NCBI GenBank assembly: GCA_002269645.1 | Contig: NIVC01001968.1 | Span: forward strand, 1-64,000 | Reading direction: 5' to 3' | Length of the DNA: 64,000 bases | DNA from: Macrostomum lignano | Taxonomy: Eukaryota | Part shown: positions 10,645-20,581 of the stretch, one piece after another | Numbering within the stretch: the first letter of the stretch is position 1 | Layout of the letters: the number at the start of each line of letters is the position of its first letter | Notes under the pieces: generated by a model | The model's input: the letters and a program-made list of their open reading frames with translations, nothing else | What the model was told of the DNA's origin: nothing | The model's database searches: none | Translations under genes and position numbers: made by a program

Positions 10645-11541
10645 ATGTCAGCCGAACAGCCACAAGACTCCAGCCAGATCACTACGGTGGTGCTGATGAG
10701 CAAGACAGGCAGCGGAAAGAGCTCTCTGGCCAACACCCTATTGAACGAGAAAAGCTTCGAAGTCGGAAACGGCATGAGGTCGCAGACGAAGAAGTGCGAG
10801 GCACAGATGCGAACGGTCCGCGGTCGCAGCCTGCTGGTGGTGGACACTCCCGGAACCATGGACTCCAAGGACGTTAACATGCCGCAGGGTGAGCTGCTGC
10901 GCACGCTGAACAAGTGTCCGTGCGGCGTTGACGCCTTTCTCGTGGTCGCCAGAGCGGACGTGCGCTTCACCAACGAAGAGTGCCAGGCCATCCGCCAGAC
11001 TGTGGACGTGTTCGGCCCGGAGTCGTGCAAGCGCGTCATCGTGGTGTTCAGCAGAGGTGACCATTTTGACAACGACATCAACGAGTTTAAAGAAGAGTTG
11101 ACGGCCGCACGAGAAGAAATTCCTGAGCTCGACAAGATGATGAAGGATTTCGGAGACCGCTACGTGCTGATGGACAACGGTAAGAAGCGCGACACGGAAG
11201 TGCAGGAACGGCAGGTGGCATCGCTGATGGGCCTTATCGATGAGGTATCGAAGCTGAACCCGAGCAAGTACTTGAAGAAGGACCTGGAAAAACAGACTGA
11301 GGAGCGGAAACGCCGAGAGGAGGCGGAGGCCCAGAAACAGCGGGATGAAGCAAAGAAGATGGATAAGATGAAAGCCAAGGTCAAACTTCTAGAAGAGCAG
11401 CAGCAATTACTAAATGCGCAGCGCCAACAGCCCCAGCCAGGTTTTGTGGACATTATGAGCAGCATCGGACAGGGGGCTGGAGCAATCCTTGCGAGTCCTG
11501 TGGTCGGCGTCGCTAAGCTTGTTGATTCTGCTTTTGGTTGA
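10645..11541 (+). CDS. GIMAP: AIG1/GIMAP-family GTPase, intronless, 298 aa
   Basis: G1-like SKTGSGKS, G2 SQT, G3 DTPG, conserved box AFLVV...RFTNEE, G4-like SRGD, a C-terminal coiled coil and a hydrophobic Gly-rich tail. TATATATA lies about 85 bp upstream. Confidence 0.9.
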   Translation: MSAEQPQDSSQITTVVLMSKTGSGKSSLANTLLNEKSFEVGNGMRSQTKKCEAQMRTVRGRSLLVVDTPGTMDSKDVNMPQGELLRTLNKCPCGVDAFLVVARADVRFTNEECQAIRQTVDVFGPESCKRVIVVFSRGDHFDNDINEFKEELTAAREEIPELDKMMKDFGDRYVLMDNGKKRDTEVQERQVASLMGLIDEVSKLNPSKYLKKDLEKQTEERKRREEAEAQKQRDEAKKMDKMKAKVKLLEEQQQLLNAQRQQPQPGFVDIMSSIGQGAGAILASPVVGVAKLVDSAFG

Positions 11542-12700
11542 CAATTTTCTGGAGAATTCCTAACTCTTAAATCTGACATTGATTGACTCAAGTAGAGATT
11601 TCTTTGCTTCAGTAGCTTTTTAGATATGAGAATGCTTATTCAGACTATGAAACCTTGTAACTAAGTGTCACTACACGCAGATCGCGCAGTAATATCTTGT
11701 ACCACACTGCATGACTATCCAGAAGCTTATCAATAGCGATAATGCACTCTGCGTATTCTTTCCTTGATCAGCTCGCTATTCATTACATTACAGCAGGCTG
11801 ATATATTTATGCTTTATTCTGCTATGCAAACCTATTAATAACAAAACAAACAACAAGCAAAATTACATAGTATTTACTCGAAATTGATTTTTCAAGTTTT
11901 AGTTTTTATTTACCATTTCAACTTTGATTTTTGTCAAAAACTAGTTCCGAGAGTTGGTCTTCTTTTAGAGGAAGTTTTACAACCAAGTGAATAAACTGAC
12001 TTTTCATGTTAATTTTTGTTAGTTTGTACTGATAGAGCTCACTGGTAGCACTATTTAACGTGAAGCAAATCGCTTTAATGACTTGCGATCTGTTAATTGA
12101 CTTGAATTAGTCATTTAATTCTACTTGGATTTTGCTGCTTATTGTCCATGGTATACTGTACTCATGAACAAGGTCGTTTAAGCACTCAAAATCGACTACT
12201 TAATCCGTCTTTATTCAAACACGGATCGCTGTCTATTTTATAGCGCAAAGGCATTTATTAGAGCTACACAAGTTTCCACTCCGAAACCAGTGGTCAAACT
12301 TCCTCAGATCTCAGCATTAAGTGACGCAATTAATTCATGCGACGCCTGCATTTCTTATCCTCAACTGTGGGCGATGCAAGTTGCGTCACAAGGTTTCGTG
12401 AGGACAGAGTAGAGAGGTGTGGGCAATTTCGCATTAAAGCTGCCACTTGTTGACCACAGGTTTCGGGGTGGAACTTTAACATGTTGCTGAGTGTATAGGC
12501 CTCCATAAACAAATGAAGCACTTGGCAATTATAAATAAATGCCTTACACAATTTATGCTTGTCATCTGTCAGAAGTGGACTCTGCTGTCAAAAGTTCTGG
12601 TTCGAAAATTAAAGAATATGATATTAGGAATTGAATTAAATTAACTGATTACACCCGCCCTAATGGGCATATGTGCAACCGATAGCCCAGCTATAGGACC

Positions 12701-12841
12701 CCAGCTAATGCTGGCACCCATTTTACAGCCGGGTGAACTGAAGCAATGCAGAGTTAAGCGGCTTGCTCAAGGACACAAATTGTTCGGATTGGGTCGAGAA
12801 TCGAACCCCCGACCTTTTTAGTCGAGTCCGACACTCTAGGC
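12701..12841 (-). mobile_element. tRNA-derived SINE, second near-complete copy
   Basis: Highly similar to 7013-7162, including the B box (GGTTCGATTC on -) and the central domain. Confidence 0.8.
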
Positions 12842-13597
12842 TGCAGCCCGGCCTTCTTAAGTGAAGGTGTGCTCAATTATGCGCCAGAATCTTGACATAT
12901 TTTAGCTTCATATGTTTTTGGATAGTGCAAGTAAGAAGTAGTAGTCAACTGATCTGAGCTAATATAATGCATTTTAAAGCAACATTGTACAAAACTCATA
13001 TAGGTCAAAGCCTACTGGTTGAGTGCAAAAGTTCGTTACCGCTGTTTCATAGATTTTTTTCTTGCTTGTATAAATAAATAGAATACACGAAAATAATGTA
13101 AAATAATGGCATGTGCATCAGTCAATTTTCGGTGCACCAGCCCCAAATGAATGTGGCCTCTGCATTTTTCTGCATTAACCTATTCATAAATAATTTAAGC
13201 ATCAACAAAAAGCAATTTATGTAGTGTTTATCTAAAATTAAACCAATAAGTTTTTTTATACGAACAAAATAATGAGAGTACAAGCTATAGCATAGTGTAT
13301 ATGCTGTGTATAAATATAAATATTATATATTTGATTTCATATTCATCGAAGTACTGACAAAAAGTCCTTCCAGTGTCACAGCTCCGCAATAGGCACGCAG
13401 GAATACGCGTAGGATTAGGAAAAATTCCTAAGCTTTTCTGAGCATCAAAAGGTTATAAAAATGGATTTTTAAAGCTTTCTCTTAGCATTACTCGTACAGT
13501 AAAGCAGACGGTGCTTGGTATTAAAACTAGTGCAGTACAGATATATCGTCTTTAATGTATGAAGACTTATAACATACCAAAAGAATATTTTCGACCT

Positions 13598-13973
13598 GGG
13601 GCCGATTTCATAAAAAATCGAAAAGTGAGAAGTGACAAGCGTCAATGATTTTGGTTTCATAAACATAGGTTCTTACTCGTGTTGAAAACAACTCCATTTT
13701 ATGTCTATGGTCGAGACACCATTTGAAATCCATCCAGCCTTAAGACCACAGACAACAACTTTAGGATCTGTGTTTTAGACAGACTTGCTTTAAAGACGGC
13801 CTCTGCGTTCTTCTTGGACTTTAATACACAGCTTTAATAAAGCTAAAAGTGTCATAGCGACTTGTTAAAAGAAGCATCCAAGACATCACACAGATGCATG
13901 TCTATGGACGAAATCCCGAAGAAGCGCTTGTAATTTGTCAAATTTCGCTTGTCACTTGGCACTTTTCGATTTT
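13598..13973. mobile_element. MITE-like element with inverted repeats (PIF/Harbinger-like left end)
   Basis: AAAATCGAAAAGTGAGAAGTGACAAGCG (13614-13641) pairs with CGCTTGTCACTTGGCACTTTTCGATTTT (13946-13973). The left end starts GGGGCCGATTTCATAAA; the matching outer right end is missing. Confidence 0.55.
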
Positions 13974-14337
13974 ACAAAAAAGAAGAGAAGCTGAGAAAAC
14001 AAAGCGGAGAGAAAGTAGAGAGAGAGAGAATTCTGTTAAAGGTTATCGATCAAATATTGAAAACGCGTTAAGCTAGGAACTCAACAAAATAGTGTTGGAA
14101 TTCGTTGGAAATAGGAATCTTGGGTATATAAAAGACCTCACCTGGTAACCAACTGTAGGCGCACTCAGAGAAAAACAAATAATCAACTATTGCCCAAGAA
14201 GTAGTAAGTTAGTTACCTGTGCAGAAAATTAATTGAAAATACTTTAAAAAAGTCGCTCCACACTCGTGAGTATGAATACTATTTAAACACCATTTTCACT
14301 ACTGTCCTTGAGGCCATCAATTCCCCAATCAGACAGT

Positions 14338-14402
14338 CTATTTCTCCGTCGGTCTGTTTAGCAGGGCCATCTCGTTCATGTTATATCTGGGTGAATCCGC
14401 TT
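14338..14402 (-). CDS. PLPP: Lipid phosphate phosphatase, predicted exon 4 (terminal)
   Basis: TTTATTGCAG acceptor; the phase-1 join gives QADSPRYNMNEMALLNRPTEK-stop, frame-compatible with exon 3. Confidence 0.5.
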
Positions 14403-14725
14403 CTGCAATAAATAATTTATGGAATTAAACAAATTTTGATCAGCATATTCAAAACACTCTACTTCTATATTGTAGAATGGTATGATTGCATGCATTAAAT
14501 TTGTAAAAAAATAAAGCTTTTCGTTTTTCGTGTTGAACAACACAAATAAGTTTTAAAAAATTTAAGACAAACTACTAGGCCATTGATTATAGTTACACAG
14601 AAGGCTGCTTAAAGCACAACATGCCAAGTGGTAAGGCTGCATTTGTCTCGGAGTAAGTGCTAATCGTACAGATTTAATATTTGTTATAACATCAGCCGTA
14701 AAAGTGCTCTTACGCCGTGACTCAC

Positions 14726-14792
14726 GTTCATACGGGAGAGTGCCTCGACCTCGTATCTGTCTGGTACGATGCGGCATTGGATTAGTGGGAGG
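14726..14792 (-). CDS. PLPP: Lipid phosphate phosphatase, predicted exon 3
   Basis: Polypyrimidine tract plus CCAG acceptor, phase 0, PPTNPMPHRTRQIRGRGTLPYE, GTGAGT donor at 14725. Confidence 0.5.
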
Positions 14793-14847
14793 CTGGCGTA
14801 GGTGGGAAAAACAATTGAAAAAAACAAATGCGCTAAATCTCAGTGAG

Positions 14848-15414
14848 GTTGAAGGGCGATTCTCAATGATGTTGAAGGGCGATTCTCAATGATGTTGAAG
14901 GGCGATTCTCAATGATGTTGAAGGGCGATTCTCAATGATGTTGGAGGGCGATTCTCAATGATGTTGAAGGGCGATTCTCAAGGATGTTGGAGGGCGATTC
15001 TCAATGATGTAAGGGCGATTCTCAATGATGTTGAAGGGCGATTCTCAATGTGGGTTGGGGAGGGCGACTCTCAATGTGGGTTGGGGAGGGCGATTCTCAA
15101 TGTGGGTTGGGGAGGGCGATTCTCAATGTGGGTTGGGGAGGGCGATTCTCAATGTGGGTTGGGGAGGGCGATTCTCAATGTGGGTTGGGGAGGGCGACTC
15201 TCAATGTGGGTTGGGGAGGGCGACTCTCAATGTGGGTTGGGGAGGGCGATTCTCAATGTGGGTTGGGGAGGGCGATTCTCAATGTGGGTTGGGGAGGGCG
15301 ATTCTCAATGTGGGTTGGGGAGGGCGATTCTCAATGTGGGTTGGGGAGGGCGATTCTCAATGTGGGTTGGGGAGGGCGACTCTCAATGTGGGTTGGGGAG
15401 GGCGATTCTCAATG
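14848..15414. repeat. Compound G-rich minisatellite: a 23-bp unit switching to a 26-bp unit
   Basis: (GAAGGGCGATTCTCAATGATGTT)n up to about 15045, then (GGGGAGGGCGATTCTCAATGTGGGTT)n. Confidence 0.95.
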
Positions 15415-15600
15415 GGAATCGAAGCTTGCGAAAAATTTCAAGTTAGATTTAATGGTTGAAAATCCTTGAAATCAGAAGACTGAATTAGGTAATTCACTTT
15501 TAGTTATATAAAAAAACAATGAACCGAGCAACATTTAAAAACAGAATAAAAAATTAATTTTTAGGTCCTTAACACCACTTAGAAGATGTTCACAGTCAAA

Positions 15601-16418
15601 CACACTAATCACCATCAGACACACACTAATCACCATCAAACACACACTAATCACCATCAGACACACACTAATCACCATCAGACACACACTAATCACCATC
15701 AGACACACTAATCACCATCAGACACACACTAATCACCATCAGACACACACTAATCACCATCAGACACACACTAATCACCATCAGACACACACTAATCACC
15801 ATCAGACACACACTAATCACCATCAGACACACACTAATCACCATCAGACACACACTAATCACCATCAGACACACACTAATCACCATCAGACACACACTAA
15901 TCACCATCAGACACACACTAATCACCATCAGACACACACTAATCACCATCAGACACACACTAATCACCATCAGACACACACTAATCACCATCAGACACAC
16001 ACTAATCACCATCAGACACACACTAATCACCATCAGACACACACTAATCACCATCAGACACACACTAATCACCATCAGACACACACTAATCACCATCAGA
16101 CACACACTAATCACCATCAGACACACTAATCACCATCAGACACACACTAATCACCATCAGACACACACTAATCACCATCAGACACACTAATCACCATCAT
16201 ACACACACTAATCACCATCAGACACACACTAATCACCATCAGACACACACTAATCACCGTCAGACACACACTAATCACCATCAGACACACACTAATCACC
16301 ATCAGACACACACTAATCACCATCAGACACACTAATCACCATCAGACACACACTAATCACCATCAGACACACACTAATCACCATCATACACACACTAATC
16401 ACCATCAGACACACACTA
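15601..16418. repeat. 21-bp minisatellite (CACACACTAATCACCATCAGA)n, about 39 copies
   Basis: Near-perfect units with occasional 19-bp variants; it produces the artefactual (CLMVISV)n ORF. Confidence 0.97.
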
Positions 16419-16484
16419 TTCCTAGTCGAATACACAAGCCCTGAAGACAATATTCACGGAGGCATGACAATAACTGCCCCATAC

Positions 16485-17039
16485 CCCTGCATCACCTGCA
16501 TCTCCATTGTTATTGTTGGCTGCTCCGGCGGCTCCGCCAGCTTCCACATCGCTAGCGCAGCCTCCGTCAACATCCCCGGTGACGAAGCCGCAGGCTGAGC
16601 AGGCCTCAGTGTAGCTGGGCCGCAGGTACAGGCACACAAGGAGAGCCACGGCAGCTCCGATGAGGCCACCGCCAAGCACGTCGCTCCAGTGATGCTTGTA
16701 GTCGCTAACCCGGCTGGCGCACACGGCGAGACCCCACACCAGCACAAAGCACTGCAGCAGCCATTTCACTGCGTGACCCTTGGCAAACGTGAATCTGGAC
16801 TGCATGTACAGCGCGGCGAACAGCGTCATGTAGATGCTGTGCGACGAGTGACCGGATGGGAAGGACAGCATGGCCTCTCTGAACTGTTTTGAGTCGACCG
16901 GATGGCACACCGACGGCGACAGAGGCTGGTGAGAGGCGCAGGCTGTGAGGTACTCAGGCGAGCTCGTGTTGGCGCGGCACACAGCCAGGAAGTGCGGCCG
17001 GTGACGCCCGATGATGGTCTTGACAGTCACCGTGACCAC
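16485..17039 (-). CDS. PLPP: Lipid phosphate phosphatase (PAP2/wunen-like), exon 2 with all catalytic motifs
   Basis: C1 KTIIGRHRP, C2 SFPSGH, C3 SRVSDYKHHWSD. Acceptor CCCAG at 17040, phase 0; predicted donor GTATGG at 16484. Without that splice the ORF ends at 16422. Confidence 0.92.
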
Positions 17040-17068
17040 CTGGGTAAGGGCGAGTGCGAGTGTTGTTG

Positions 17069-19920
17069 CTGTGAATTGTGTCTTTGACTGTGAATTGTGT
17101 CTTTGACTGTGAATTGTGTGTGTCTTTGACTGTGAATTGTGTATCTTTGACTGTGAATGGTGTGTGTCTTTGACTGTGAATTGTGACTATGTGAATTGTG
17201 AATTAGACACACAGTCAAAGTGAATTGTGTGTGTCTTTGACTGTGAATTGTGTGTGTCTTTGACTGTGAATTGTGTGTGTCTTTGACTGTGAATTGTGTG
17301 TGTCTTTGACTGTGAATTGTGTGTGTCTTTGACTGTGAATTGTGTGACTTTGACTGTGAATTGTGTCTTTGACTGTGAATTGTGTGTCTTTGACTGTGAA
17401 TTATGTGTGTCTTTGACTGTGAATTGTGTGACTTTGACTGTGAATTGTGTCTTTGACTGTGAATTGTGTGTCTTTGACTGTGAATTGTGTGTGTCTTTGA
17501 CTGTGAATTGTGTGACTTTGACTGTGAATTGTGTCTTTGACTGTGAATTGTGTGACTTTGACTGTGAATTATGTGTGTCTTTGACTGTGAATTATGTGTG
17601 TCTTTGACTGTGAATTGTGACTATGTGAATTGTGAATTAGACACACAGTCAAAGTGAATTGTGTGTGTCTTTGACTGTGAATTGTGTGTGTCTTTGACTG
17701 TGAATTGTGTGACTTTGACTGTGAATTGTGTGTGTCTTTGACTGTGAATTGTGTGACTTTGACTGTGAATTGTGTCTTTGACTGTGAATTGTGTGTCTTT
17801 GACTGTGAATTGTGTCTTTGACTGTGAATTGTGTGTCTTTGACTGTGAATTATGTGTGTCTTTGACTGTGAATTGTGACTATGTGAATTGTGAATTAGAC
17901 ACACAGTCAAAGTGAATTGTGTGTGTCTTTGACTGTGAATTGTGTGTGTCTTTGACTGTGAATTGTGTGACTTTGACTGTGAATTGTGTGTGTCTTTGAC
18001 TGTGAATTGTGTGACTTTGACTGTGAATTGTGTCTTTGACTGTGAATTGTGTGTCTTTGACTGTGAATTGTGTCTTTGACTGTGAATTATGTGTGTCTTT
18101 GACTGTGAATTGTGTGACTTTGACTGTGAATTGTGTCTTTGACTGTGAATTGTGTGTCTTTGACTGTGAATTTTGTGTGTCTTTGACTGTGAATTGTGTG
18201 ACTTTGACTGTGAATTGTGTCTTTGACTGTGAATTGTGTGACTTTGACTGTGAATTATGTGTGTCTTTGACTGTGAATTATGTGTGTCTTTGACTGTGAA
18301 TTGTGACTATGTGAATTGTGAATTAGACACACAGTCAAAGTGAATTGTGTGTGTCTTTGACTGTGAATTGTGTGTGTCTTTGACTGTGAATTGTGTGACT
18401 TTGACTGTGAATTGTGTGTGTCTTTGACTGTGAATTGTGTGACTTTGACTGTGAATTGTGTCTTTGACTGTGAATTGTGTGTCTTTGACTGTGAATTGTG
18501 TCTTTGACTGTGAATTGTGTGTCTTTGACTGTGAATTATGTGTGTCTTTGACTGTGAATTGTGACTATGTGAATTGTGAATTAGACACACAGTCAAAGTG
18601 AATTGTGTGTGTTTTTGACTGTGAATTGTGTGTTTTTGACTGTGAATTGTGACTTTGACTGTGACTTGTGACTTTGACTGTGAATTGTGACTTTGATTGT
18701 GAATTGTCTTTGACTGTGAATTGTGACTTTAAATGTGAATTGTGTGTGTCTTTGACTGTGAATTGTGTGTGCCTTTGACTGTGAATTGTGTGTTTTTGAC
18801 TGTGAATTGTGACTTTAAATGTGAATTGTGTGTGTCTTTGACTGTGAATTGTGTGTGCCTTTGACTGTGAATTGTTTGTGTCTTTGACTGCCAATTGTGT
18901 GTGTCTTTGACTGTGAATTGTGTGACTTTGACTGTGAATTGTGTGTTTTTGACTGTGAATTGTGTGTGCCTTTGACTGTGAATTGTGTGTGTCTTTGACT
19001 GTGAATTGTGTGTTTTTGACTGTGAATTGTGTGTCTTTGACTGTGAATTGTGTGTGCCTTTGACTGTGAATTGTGTGTGTCTTTGACTGTGAATTGTGTG
19101 TCTTTGACTGTGAATTGTGACTTGTGACTGTGACTTGGGACTTTGACTGTGACTTGGGACTTTGACTGTGAATTGTGTCTTTGACTGTGAATTGCGTGTG
19201 TTTTTGACTGTGAATTGTGTGTCTTTGACTGTGAATAGAGTGTCTTTGACTGTGAATTGTCTTTGACTGTGAATTGCGTGTGTCTTTGACTGTGAATTGT
19301 GTGTCTTTGACTGTGAATTGTGTCTTTGACTGTGAATTGCGTGTGTCTTTGACTGTGAATTGTCTTTGACTGTGAATTGCGTGTGTCTTTGACTGTGAAT
19401 TGTGTGTCTTTGACTGTGAATTGTGTGTCTTTGACTGTGAATTGTGTGTGTCTTTGACTGTGAATTGTGTCTTTGACTGTGAACTGTTTGTGTCTTTGAC
19501 TGCCAATTGTGTGTGTCTTTGACTGTGAATTGTGTGACTTTGACTGTGAATTGACTTTGACTGTGAATTGTGTGTGTCTTTGACTGTGAATTGTGTGTCT
19601 TTGACTGTGAATTGTTTGTGTCTTTGACTGCCAATTGTGTGTGTCTTTGACTGTGAATTGTGTGACTTTGACTGTGAATTGACTTTGACTGTGAATTGAC
19701 TTTGACTGTGAATTGTGTCTTTGACTGTGAATTGTGTGTCTTTGACTGTGAATTGTGACTTGCGACTGTGACTTGGGACTTTGACTGTGAATTGTGTCTT
19801 TGACTGTGAATTGTGTCTTTGACTGTGAATTGCGTGTGTTTTTGACTGTGAATTGTGTGTCTTTGACTGTGAATAGTGTGTCTTTGACTGTGAATTGAAT
19901 TTGACTTTGACTGTGAATTG
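17069..19920. repeat. Compound (CTTTGACTGTGAATTGTGTGT)-type minisatellite filling PLPP intron 1
   Basis: Variable-length units occupy essentially the whole intron (17040-19926) and include a 686-bp higher-order duplication. Confidence 0.97.
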
Positions 19921-19926
19921 ACGAAC

Positions 19927-20325
19927 CTCCGTGATGAGGGTGCCCAAGGCGGCCAACAGCAGGCCTCTGAAGATGGCCACAGTGGCTCGAGTACAACGGG
20001 ACTCCGGCTTGAGCCCGCAGCTGCCCAGACAGTTAGCATAGGTCCGATCCGACTCGCTAGCCCTACAGTTGCTGCGCATAGCGTGCCGGACAATCTCTAT
20101 GATTACTACTGTCAGTAGGATGATAGCAGCGCCAACCACTGCCGCTACAATCATGGTGACAGTGTCGGGCTTGTACGGATAGCTGATGCTCTCGTCGTTG
20201 CAAAAGAAATGACGCTGAAACGGCTGCACGCCGAAATGGAAAATGCAGACATAGGCGCCAAGGATGATGATGACGGAGACTGCGGTGAGCAGGTTGGCAA
20301 TCTCACTGCCAGGCAGGCAGCCCAT
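19927..20325 (-). CDS. PLPP: Lipid phosphate phosphatase, exon 1
   Basis: ATG at 20325 (the track start at 20355 is TTG). TM1, PFQRHFFCNDESISYPYKPDTV, TM2, TM3; phase-0 donor GTTCGT at 19926 joins TLITE to VVTVTVK. Confidence 0.88.
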
Positions 20326-20581
20326 TACGATGCTGCGACTGTTACTCTTAAGCAATTTAATAAATTAACAAACTTATATTAACGGTCACGACTGCGAAGC
20401 TCTTTATGGCTGAGTCTTTGCTGAAATTTGTATAAATACCAAATATTTTTATTGTGTTAATCTGAAGAGAATAACAGGTAACAGCTAATCAAAACCTACA
20501 TCTGTTTGTGTTATCCTGTGCTAAACTTGTTTTCATTTTTATCCCTAAAATCTTACTCCTCTCCACTCTTTTCCTCCTATC

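Noticed and set aside
10620-11591. Antisense ORFs over GIMAP (and similarly over gag, the WSC genes, the LINE and Axin exon 4)
   Set aside because: These are shadow ORFs of GC-rich coding sequence with no independent features.
17069-19920. CTTTGAC repeats as TCF sites
   Set aside because: They do not match CTTTG(A/T)(A/T) at the last position and have no adjacent GC-rich Helper motif.
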